Below are positions 12,001-24,000 of a DNA stretch of 64,000 nt, piece by piece. The notes under the pieces were generated by a model. The model did no database searches. It was given only the letters and a program-made list of their open reading frames with translations, and was not told the DNA's origin. The translations under genes were made by a program, and so were the position numbers. The stretch is from Amoebophrya sp. A120 (lineage: Eukaryota > Protista > Dinoflagellata): the NCBI GenBank assembly GCA_905178155.1, contig CAJINV010000015.1, positions 186,001-250,000 of the forward strand. Direction: 5' to 3'. Positions within the stretch are counted from its first letter, which is position 1. Every line of letters begins with the position of its first letter.

Positions 12001-15000
12001 GAGTAGCCGGAACACAAGGACTTGTCACGCAGGTTTTCCATGACCCATGAGATCTAGCATGTAGGGCATAGCATGACAGATTCTGTGCGCGCTCCATCAC
12101 TGCATGAGAACTGCCTCTCGAGTAGGTCAAAAGTGGGCAGCTTTTGGTAAGCACGCAACACAGATTTTTGCACGCTTCAGATTTAGCATGACAAGTTGCA
12201 TTCTTCCAGACCCAGACATTTTTACATTTGATAAGTAGCCGGCCGGTACGATTGTGGATTGCAGCTGCAAAGCTGTAAGTTCCGAAATGGAAGGAACACC
12301 AGTTGCACCGGTTGTGTGTAGTTGCTGCGCCCCTCCTGCGCTTGTTCGCGCGCCGCCAGAGGACTGCAAGGTGCTCATCCCGCCAGCACCTCGCGATGAG
12401 GTACTAGGCGCGCCTCCCACCCGGCTGCGGAAGGAGACCAGACCGCGTGCGCGCTTCAGGAAAGCACGGTGAGCTGCACGGGACGCAGCGGATTTTTGTA
12501 GCGTGGTAACGCTTGCTGTACTCGTTGGCTTAATATTCGTATTGCTGTTGCCCGAAGTAGCGATACTGTTGGCCGATCTGGAGATTGCACCGGCGATAAC
12601 CGTATCAAATGCAAATATGTCTCGGTGTGGAAACTTGTGATGCAAACCAGGGAATAATGAGCGCACTGTAATACGTGGCCAAGCATGACAGGTTTTTGGG
12701 CTGCTCTGCGTTGCATGGTCCGCATGGCAGGCTGCACTTTTGCATCACCGACAAGACGATCTTTTTGCATCTACGCATGACAGAATTCCTAGTCATGCCA
12801 GACAAGCATGACAAATCTTCCAGACCCAGACATTTTTGCAATGCATAATCCGAAAGGTAGCCCTTCTGCGTCAAACTGAAGTGCTGCTCTGCTTGCTTTG
12901 TGGATTGCAAAAATGTCTGGGTCTGGAACAAAGCAACTTTTCATGCTAAATCTGAATCATGTAAAAATCTGTGTTGCATCATTACCAAAAGCTGTCCAGT
13001 TTTGACCTAATCGAGTGGCAGTTTCTCATGCAGGATAGGCATGATAGAACTCTCACAGAATCTGTCATGCTATGTCCTACATACCAGACCTCATGGGTCA
13101 TGGAAAACCTGCATGACAAGACTGGCATTCTTCCAGACCCAGACATTTTTGCAGTTGATAGGCTTCGTGTTCAAGTGAGCAGCTGCACCAGAGGGCAATG
13201 CGGCATGACTTGTACCAGCACTAGTGGCACCTCGTCCGGAGCTGCTGCTCGATAAGAGCAGCAAGTGTGTTGGATCAAGTTTGCGTAAATCCTGGACTTT
13301 CACGTCAAATCGCTCCAGCATCTTCTGTTCGTCCAGCTCCAGGACCGTGTGCAATTTCAACCCTTCCAACTGCATCTTCTCAAAATCAGGCATGGTGGGG
13401 GTGTCGTTACCACTGCTTACTTTAGGAGCACCAGAGGAGGATCCTCTTGCAAAATTACCGTGTGCAAAAAGATTCGAGTGGGTGAAGAAGGACTCGCTCG
13501 GTGATCCAAAGAGAGCGCCACCCAGAGACGATGTGCCGGACCGGCGCAGGTTGCGGCCGGAATTTGCCCGGCCGCGCGAGGTGGGGGACGCGAGCGTGGG
13601 GCTACTTTCCGGAGTACCACTTCCCCGAAGTAGACCTCCGGCTGACTTGATGTCTTTCCTCAAAGAAATCGTATCTGCCTTGATGTTTCTGGTTCGCGCT
13701 AGAAACCTGTCCCACAATCGCTTGGAGTTGAAGCCTATGCATTGCAAAAGTATCGTACTCGTACTTATACATGCATTACAAATTTCCTCAGCATGAGAAA
13801 TAAAATTTGTGATGCTGATTTACCTTAAGAACAAGATTTGTAATGCAATGATTGCAATACGAGTACGGTACTTTTGCACAGGATAAAGCTGCTGGAATAA
13901 ATCCCACTGCCGTCCAAAAATTGACCTTGTTCATCTTCAACGTCGGAATAATTGTCACTGTTCTGGGCGTTGATGTGCTTTTTTTCCCCCGCGAGCCGGG
14001 TCCGCTTGTTCTCTAACAGCATTTCTGTAACCCGCACCGCCTTCCAGAGCGCGAAGACCAACTGCACGGGGTGCAGCTTGCAGACGATAGGCTTTGATGT
14101 ACTTCCACTATCAGCGCCAGCCGTCGTTCCTGTTTGCAGTTGTGCCGCCGGACTTCCTACTGTCATGGTCGGGGAGGTTGACGTCGCAGAAGACAGCACA
14201 TTTGTTCCTGCCACAGAACCTACACCAGAAGTTACGCCAGCGCTCGTCTTTGCGGCACTTGAAATGACGCGGCCTGCTGGTGCTGAATTTTCGTCATCTG
14301 CGATCTCGATGACATAGGAAATCTTATTGTTCTTATTTCCATGGTGCTCCGGCGTGGTCTGCTTGACGGATGGTAGTTCTGTCGTCTCCGTAAATTTTTC
14401 CCCCTTCGCGTAGACATCCTGAAGGAAGATCTGCAGCTGCTGCACCTTGGTGTTCGCATCCAGGGATGTTATTAAAGGGGCATGACTAGTAGACACGACT
14501 AGCGTGTCCAGCACTTCCGTGTACAGATCGACGAGACGAGTCCAGGACAATCTTCCAACATTCATTGTCTTTTCTTCTTCCTTTTTATCCCCAGCAGGTC
14601 CTGCTTCCCCTGCTGTCGAAAGCAAGAAGAGTTTGTTGAAGATAGCTCTTTGCAGGAGCAGCGACCTTTGATCATGGTCTTCACTTCCGCGTAGGTCATC
14701 TTTATTCGATGACTCGTCGTAGAATTCATTCGCCCACTTCAGCTGCATAGACGCCCTCGCCGCATTCTTGCGCACCGACTCGGGCGCCATCACAGCCCCC
14801 GGCTGTTCCAATTCCGCTTGTCTCTCCACGAGGCTCGCGGTTTGCCGCTCCAACTTCCGCATGAGTAGAGCGGATTCATCAGATGAATTTTCACCCGTTT
14901 GTTGTTCAACACCTTCTTCTATCAAATGCAAAAATGTCTGGATCTGGAAGAATACGCGATTTGTCATGCATCTTTTCCATGACCCATGAGGTCTGGAATG

Positions 15001-18000
15001 CAGGACCTAGCATGACAGATTCCGTGTGATCTCTCTCATGCCTATCCTGAATGAGAAACTCCCTTCCGACTTGGTCCAAACTGGGCGATTTTTGGTAATC
15101 ATGCAACACAGATTTTTGCATGCTTCAGATTTAGCATGACAAGTTGCAATCTTCCAGACCCAGACATTTTTACATTTGATATCTTCCTCCTCGTCATTCG
15201 ACAACCCGTACTGGAACTGTGCCGTGTTGTATGACAGTGCACAACTCCCCCTTGCCCTCATTTGTATGGCATGAACAGCAATACAAACACCAGCGCACTT
15301 GGAGCCTCTGCATGACAAATCTATGTGCCTCATGTAGTACTGTTTCTTGGGCTTCCGGAATTTGTCATGCAAACAGTGCCACAAGGCTGCGACTGGATTT
15401 GGGATTTTGCATGACAAATGAGGGGCGTGGGAGTTGTGCACTGTCATATGTTACCGCCAGCCAAGTCGAGGAAATCTCTCTCCACGATCTGCAGGTTTCT
15501 TTGGGAAAGCGCTGCTTGCTGGTGTAATGATCCACCTTGCAGATTGTCACTTTTTCGATGTGAAGATCCTAGGCCGACGAAAAATCCGCTGGAAGACGTG
15601 GTTAATGCTGTAGTTCCGGAGCCGCCAGTGCTGTCGACGTAAGCGCCGGTTCGCAGCGGACCCTCGATGCCGATGCTGTCTATCGTGAGAAAAAAGTGTT
15701 ACAGTAATACACACTCTGAAGATGCAAGACAAGGAGCAAGACAGGCAACCTCTGTCATGCAGGAAATGCTTGCCAGCCTCATTTCATGCGTGGTTTCCTT
15801 TCTAGTCTACTGCGCATTACAAGTTTTCTTTAGGATGCAGAGCAACTTTGTGATGCTGAAATTACAACAACAAATGTGTAAACTGTAACACTTTTTTCCT
15901 GTGATACTGTCGCCGTCGCTGTTAATCTGAATCACCGCTGCCGCGTCGCGGTCAAAGGAGTTCTGCTATCGCAAGGAAAAATCCCTCCTCCCCATATATA
16001 TTGATGGGGTAGATTTTCGAAAATTTGGGTTGCTGATTTGTGACCACAACTCGCGTCTGTCTTGCAAGACGGCAACTCCACCGGCTCCGCCGCATTACGC
16101 AGGCGGTTTGTCATGCCGTTAGGCCTACAGCACGGACGTTTTTCATGCTGAGCGTCTAGGTAAAAGCCTCTCTACTCAGGCTTGATATGGGTCTGCAGTT
16201 GTCCTCTCCAGCAAGACGAATCTGATTTGTGTACTCAAATCCAGCATCACAAACTTCGTTTGGATATGGGGAGGACGGATTTTTCCTTTTGATATCTGCA
16301 GAAATCCGCTCACCGCTGGCTCGACAACATCGTGATTTACCTTATTCGAGACCTTGTCGAAAAACGCCTTTTTCATGCCGTGGTAAAAGTTTTCCCGCAT
16401 GGTTGGCAACCCCTCCCGGTAGGCGTCGCACTTTTCTTCGATTTTTTCCAGAACAAAGTTTTGCATCTGAATCTGGTGCTGCTCCTGCTTTTCGTACACC
16501 GCTAACAGCTCCTCTTCGACCTGTTTTTTCACTCGCTCCTGTTCCTGCTCCCGCTGCTTCACGGAGCCGCTGGCCGAAAACGAGGTCATCTGGAGCCGCT
16601 GCGCCACTTTCTTCTCGATGTACGCTTGGTGGATTTGCAAACGGTACTGCTCTATCGAATGCAAAAGTGTCTGGGTCTGAAAGAGTCATGCTGTTTTTGC
16701 ATGACGCAGAAGGTCTGGCATGGAAGCTCTAGCATTACAGGTTTCGAGAAGCTTCCGCAATGCTGAATCTGCATGAGAAACAAGGTCCGAGCACGGGGAC
16801 AGAGTCCCCGTGCGGCGACCTTCCGGCAATTGTCTGGGACGAGTTCGGGGGTTGTGGTGGCTGGCACTGGGCAGGCAGGCCCCTGCAGCCCGGTGTCTCT
16901 GTGTGGCCTGCGCCCCCTGATCCGCGGCAGATCTGCGGACGGAGCCCCTCGGCTTGCCCACACTAGGCCCGTTGGCCTACCGCGAACAAAGAGAACACAA
17001 AGGAAGAAGCTGGCGCCGGATGTGTAGCTGGCCCCTAGGTCATGACGCGGGGACCGCGTCCCCGCGCTGACCTAGGGCTTTCGCCCCTGGGCCGTGCGGT
17101 TGGTTTCCGGGAAGCGCCCAAAGCTGGCCCCTAGGTCATGACGCGGGGACCGAGTCCCCGCGCTGACCTAGGGCTTTTGCCCCTGGGCCGTGCGGTTAGT
17201 TTCCGGGAAGCGCCCAAAGCTGGCCCCTAGGTCATGACGCGGGGACCGAGTCCCCGCGCTGACCTAGGGCTTTTGCCCCTGGGCCGTGCGGTTAGTTTCC
17301 GGGAAGCGCCCAAAGCTGGCCCCTAGGTCATGACGCGGGGACCGAGTCCCCGCGCTGACCTAGGGCTTTTGCCCCTGGGCCGTGCGGTTAGTTTCCGGGA
17401 AGCGCCCAAAGCTGGCCCCTAGGTCATGACGCGGGGACCGAGTCCCCGCGCTGACCTAGGGCTTTTGCCCCTGGGCCGTGCGGTTAGTTTCCGGGAAGCG
17501 CCCAAAGCTGGCCCCTAGGTCATGACGCGGGGACCGAGTCCCCGCGCTGACCTAGGGCTTTTGCCCCTGGGCCGTGCGGTTAGTTTCCGGGAAGCGCCCA
17601 AAGCTGGCCCCTAGGTCATGACGCGGGGACCGAGTCCCCGCGCTGACCTAGGGCTTTTGCTCCTCGGCCGTGCGGCTAGTTTCCGGGAAGCGCCCAAAGC
17701 CGGCCCCTAGGTCATGACGCGGGGACCGAGTCCCCGCGCTGGCCTAGGGCTTTTGCCACTGGGCCGCGCGGTTAGTTTCCGGGAAGCGCCCAAAGCTGGC
17801 CCCTAGGTCATGACGCGGGGACCGCGTCCCCGCGCTGACCTGGAGCTTTTGCCCCTGGGCCGTACGGTGTCCGGGAAGCGCCCAAAGGAAGCTGGCCCCC
17901 AGGTCATGACGCGGGGATTGGGTCCCCGCGCTGACCGAGGGCGCCTTTCGCCCCTGGGCCTTGCCCACGGGGCCCGGTAAGCTCGACAGGCTGGCGGCTC

Positions 18001-21000
18001 GCGTGACAAACTGGAGGCCGGCATTGCGCATCTCGCGTGGCGAGGTCCCAAAGTGTGTCCGGCGTGTGTCCGAAAGTCTGCCCGGGGTGTGTCGGAAAGT
18101 CTGCCCGGGGTGTGTCCGGGGTGTGTCTGGGGTATGTTCGGACTTTTTGCCTGGGGTGTGTTCGGGGGTCTGTCTGGGGTATGTCTGGGGTGTGTCTGGG
18201 GTGTGTCTGGGGTATGTTTATACCCCACCTGTTGCTTTTTCGCCAAAAATTTGTATTCAGGTCGTGATTGACTGCCATTTGCATACCCCTGACACACCCC
18301 CGAACATACCCCCGAACATACCCCTCGCATGCATTTTTGACCAGCTGCTGCAGTTTAGATAGTAATCCCCCATTTTGGTGACAGAAAGTGGGCAGCTTTT
18401 GCTACCTATGCATGAGAGATTTTTCTGTGTTCTGAAATGCGCATCACAAGTTTGTATTCCTCCAGACCCAGACATATTTGCAATGCATATGCTCACGTCT
18501 GGCACGAATTTTCTCCATTTCTTCCACAATCGTGTCCATCACGGTGGTAGTCTGCTGGTTCTGCGATTCGAGAATTAACCCCAGCTGCTCGCTGTTCGAA
18601 AAGTTTCGATCCCACTGCTTCTGCAGATACTTGCCCTCCGCGCTCTGCCAAAATTGCTGCAGCTCGCGCCGAGTGATCTTCGTCTGTTTCTGGTCGACGC
18701 CCGTTCGTTGACCACTAGCGAAATGGGTATTATCGCCGCTGTTCGCCGCCGCGTGGCTCTGTTGCAGCACACTCTTTGCTATCAAATGCAAATATGTCTA
18801 CTGGGTCTGGAAATTTGTGATGCTAAACTGTGCATAACGAAAACACTTCCTCACGCAGGAAAGCATGACAAGTCTGCACAACGCTTTATCGTACGAACTC
18901 CGCATGAGAAACTGCGTTTTTGTATGACGTGAGAGCAGGCTGCCACTTTTGATGTTGGTCACGCAATACAAATTTCACAGGAATGCAAGACTAGCATTAC
19001 AAGTTCCAACTTGCCAGACCCAGACATTTTTGCATTTGATATTTGCCAGAAGGGTCTGGATGTCCGTCTGTTTGTCCACCATAGCTTCGAATTGCCGCGT
19101 GGCGGACTGAATTTGCCCGTGAATCTATCCTGTGTAAAAACGTCCCCGCCCCAGAGTCAAAATGGCAAACCTGCTACACAAATCCACCATTTTTGGCTGT
19201 TGCGCATGACAAGTCTGTTTTCGTAGTGTAATCCTGTTTAGCTACTTCAGCAGCATCACAGATCTAGCATATCATTCTGATTGGAGCATGACAAATTCCG
19301 CAACACCACTAGAAATAAATGCTTCCCATGGGGATCCGCATGAGAAACATTTTCAGCATGCAGACTAGCATGAGAACTATGGGGTGGGGACGTTTTCACA
19401 TAGGATAGAATTTCGGTGCCGAGCCTTACCAACGACCCCCCGACCGCCACCGCGGACAGAAATTGCGTCGCCGTCGGACTGGCTCGCCGTTCTGTGGCAC
19501 GGTGGTGGTCTGTTATCGTACGAAAAAAGTGTTTCACTGAAAGGATTTTGCAGGTTTTGCATGACAAGTTCGCTCTACATGACAGAGAAAATGTGCCATG
19601 CAAGCTTCCTAAGAGGAGACCCAGCTAAAAATACACTTTCTTGCATGTGTAGCAAGACAAATACTTCTTCTGTGTTCCATTTCATGCATCACAACTTTAC
19701 AGTGAAACAGTTTTTTCTTGCGATATTTGTGGAAGACATGTCGTAGTAGGCGTTGTGTCCAACCATCCCCGCTGTGGAGGTGAGAACGAAGCCGGCGGCA
19801 ACCCAGTCTTGCATGGTCTGCAGGTTGTTTCGGCCCACCATGGTGCCCGCGACGGACCCGCCAAGCCCGGCGGCGGCCGAGGCGCCGCCCATCACGGCAA
19901 AGATGCTCTTCTGCAGAAAGGCGGTCACCCGCTCAATCTTGTTCCCGAAAACGGCCAGGAGCTTCACAAAAAAAGCATCCATCTTCGACGCAGCGAAGGC
20001 TTGCTGCCCCCGGGAAGTTGCAATTGTGCCTCGATTCAATGTAGATTGGTCACTATGGTCCTGGCCGCCCGAGCCGCGGGCGGCCTGGAGCCATATCCCA
20101 CAGAAAAAAGCTGGCAGGGCATATTTGTAATGCAAAAACAAATACACACAAAAATTTGTCATGGGTGGCCCCATAGCATGCTGCTTCCGACATGCAATAC
20201 AGGTTTTTTTGTGTATTTATTTTTGCATTACAGATGTGCCCTGCCAGCTTTTTTCTGTGTGATAAGCCAATACTCCTGCCCAAAGATTTTGCAAAACGAG
20301 GCGTCAAACGCCTTGCTGTATCAAATGTAAAAATGTCTGGGTCTGGAAGAATGCAACTTGTCATGCTACTTTTGGAATCTACATAGAATCTGTATTGCAT
20401 GAACAGCAAAAGAAGTGCAGTTTGTGCCTCGCGGAGAGGAGGGTATTTCTCACACGGTATGAGCATCAGAAAGCGCTCGCAAAATCTCTGATGCTCGGGC
20501 ATGCATCACAGACCTCATGGGCCATGCAAAATCTGCATGACAAACTCCAGCATTCTTCCAGACCCGGACATTTTTGCAATCCATATGCTGAGCTGCGACT
20601 CGATTTTCAGCACCGTCGGCATGATGGCCGCAGCTAGCCGTCTATCCTCAGCAAATACGTCCCCACCCCAGCGTTGTCATGCAGTTGCGCAATGACAGGA
20701 TCGTTGGGAATGCGCATCTCCATGAGAGGCATTTCCAATCGTGGTGTGCCATATGTAATACTGTAAACAGGATGAGAAATAAATGGCTTCCTCATGCGGC
20801 TTTGCTTGCTAACCAGCACTACACTGCAGATTGAAACTTGTCATGCAGAACTCAGAAAACTTGGAGATTTGTGTTGCAGATTTGCCATCTTGACGTATGG
20901 GTTGGGGACGCTTCGACACAGCATACCGTCGCTGAATCACGTCGGAGGCGACGTCGAAGGCCATGGTCTGGAATTGCGCGCTGGCCACGGTTATCAAATG

Positions 21001-24000
21001 CAAATATGTCTGGGTCTGGAAGAATGGGAGTTTGTCATGCTTGTCTGGCATGACTCGAGAATCTGTGTTGCATAGGCACGAAAAGGCCCTCTTGCCTGTC
21101 ATGCAAAAACGCAGTTTGCCATGCGGAATACGTAAGACATGGCAGCCAAAAATTTTGTTATGCATAGCTGCGTATTGCAGTACGTCTATCATTCACTTTT
21201 AGCATTCCAAGTTTCCAGACCCAGACATTTTTGCAATCCATAACGGTGTGCTGCGCCACCACGGACCCAATTGCCACCGCGCTCGAAGTGGCCGCGTAGG
21301 TGCGCGGGGCGTTGGTTGCCAGGTGGCTGGCAATCTTGTTTGCAAACCTTCCTTATCAACTGTAAAAATGTCTGGGTCTGGAAGAGTGAATGTTTGTCAT
21401 GCTTCTCTGGCATGACTCTTAAATCTGTCATGCACGTTGCCCAAGAGCCGCGCTTTTCTGTCATGCGGAGACGCTGTTTGTCATGCAGAATAGGCAACAT
21501 CTACAAGCTCAGAAATTTGTCATGCTGAGCCAGCACTCGTGGCCTCCTCATGCTACGCCACTCAGCATCACAAGTTTCCAGACCCAGACATTTTTGCATT
21601 TGATATTCCTACGTGATGTTTCAGCGAGTTCATCAGGTTTATCCTGAGGAAAAACGTACCCACACCAGAGTTGTAATGCAGATTTGCAAAGACAGGAAGA
21701 CTTGCAATGCGCATCCGCATGAGAGCCATTTCCAATCGTGTTTTGGAATTTGTGATGCTGTGAACAGGATGAGCAGATGAATCTGTGATGCGGCTGCACT
21801 TGCTAACCTGCACTACGCTGCATAGCGCAACTTGTCATGCGTGACTCACAAAACTCCTAGGTTTGTGTTGCAAAATCCTCATCCTGACTCTGGTGTGGGT
21901 ACGTTTTTACTCAGGATAAGGTTTCCGAGCAGATCACCGGACTTGTGGATGGTACCCGCTACCTATGACAGTGCACAACTCCCCCTCCTCCTCATTTGTA
22001 TCGCATGAACGGCAATACAAACGAACCTAAGGGTACTAAGCAAGAATGCCGGTTTTGCATGACAAATTTGCACTGGAGTGTAGTGCTAGTTGGGCAACCA
22101 GAACTTGTCATGCAAACAGTGCTAAGAGCCAATGGGTGGATTGGGTATTTTGCATGACAAATGAGAAGGGGGGGGAGTTGTGCACTGTCATACTACCATC
22201 GCGTCATCCGCCCCTTCCTGCACGTATCAAATGTAAAAGTGTCTGGGTCTGGAAGATTGCCAGGTTTGTCATGCACAATTTGCATGACTCCTGATGGCTG
22301 TGATGCATGCCCTAACATCACAGACTTTGTGAGGGCTTCCTGATGCCTATACCGCATGACAAATGCTCTTTCCGTGTAGCAAAACTTGGACTCTCTTTGC
22401 TGCTCATGCAATACAGATTTTTTCAGAATCCAAAATCAGCATGACAAGTTGGATTCTTCCAGACCCAGACACTTTTACAGTTGATAGCACGATTTCCGTT
22501 ACCGCCACGGTGGCGCCTTCGGGGGCGAGGCTCATCACGGTCGGAAAATAGTCCTTCAGTTTTATCGTAAGGAAAAATCCCCCCGCCCCATATCAAAACG
22601 AAACTTCTGATGCTGGATTTGTGTACACAAATCAGATCGGTCTTTCTGGATAGCACTGCAGGCCGATACTAAGGGTAAGTAGAGAGGTTTTGGCCTAGGC
22701 ACTTAGCACGATAAACGGCCGCGCTGTAGTAGGCCCAACAGCATGACAAACCGCCTGCACAATGCGGCGGAGACTGCGGGGCTGCCTTCTTGCAAGACAG
22801 ACACGATTTGTGACCACAAATCACCTTCGCAAATTTCCAAAAATATACCTTTGTAGTATAGGATTAGGAAGGGGGGATTTTTCCTTTTGATAAGTTTATC
22901 AGTCACCATGGTGGTGTACGGGCTCACGTAGGTGGTGTACGTGTCCGAAGCTTTCTGCTTGGCCTGCTCGATATCAAATGCAAATATGTCCGGGTCTGGA
23001 AAGTTGGAACTTGTAATGCTGGTCTTGCATTCCTGTGAAATTTGTGTTGCATGACCAACAAAAGTGGCAGCCTCGCACGTGGTTGTACAAAAACGCAATT
23101 TATTCTCATGCGGAGTTCGTATGATAAAGCAGTGTGCAGCCTTGTCATGCTTTCCTGCATGAGGAACTGTTTTCATCATGCACATTTTAGCATCACAAAT
23201 TTCCAGACCCAGACATATTTGCATTTGATACTCGAGACCCGCCACCGCCGTAGTCTTTACCTGGTTCATGGCTGCGTAGGGGTCGTTATCCCACGCAAAA
23301 ACGTCCCCGCCCCGTAGTTGTGATGCAATTCTGCATGCCAAAAAAGTCTCTCATGCGGAGCCCATTGAGAAGCATTTTCTATTTGTGTTTTGGAGTTATT
23401 TGCTATGCTAGAATCAGCATGCTTCTATGCTAGGTCTGTGATGCTTCTGAACTAGCTAAACAGGATTACACTACGAGGACAAACTTGTCATGCCAAACAC
23501 CCAAAGCTGGTTGATCTGTCTAGCAGATTCCCCATCTTGACTCTGTTGTGGGGACGTTTTTAATCAGGATAGTCGTCCCAGGCGTCGCGAATAGTCTGGC
23601 CCCATGTCTTGGTGGTCGCCGGAGTGGTGTATCCTGTGCAAAAGTATCGTACTCGTATAAACGCAGGTCTTGCATTACAAATATTATTCGTAAGGTAAAT
23701 CAGCATGACAAATTTTATTTCTCATGCTGAGAAAATTTGTCATGTATTTATTTTTATACGAGTAGGAGTACGATACTTTTGCAATGCATATGGTGGTCTT
23801 GTCGCCCATTCCCGCGGAAGACTCCAGCGAGTGCTCTATCGAAAGGAAAAATCCGCCCTCCCCATATCGAAAAGATATGTCTCCGACGATTTGCGTTGCT
23901 GATTTGAGGCCACAAATCGCGTCTGTCTTGCAAGAAGACAAGGGCAAAAGCTTCGCCCCCATTATGGAGGCGATTTGTCATGCTGCTGGGCCTAAAGGGG

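Larger units (their letters stand above)
16653..18489. mobile_element. Family A introner expanded to 1.84 kb by internal cargo
   Basis: Family A halves at both ends; DR tgctc; join RARRE|QYRL. Confidence 0.9.

Noticed and set aside
17027-17960. CRISPR-like array of palindromic repeats
   Set aside because: The sequence between hairpins is identical from unit to unit (no unique spacers), there are no cas genes, and it lies inside an intron.
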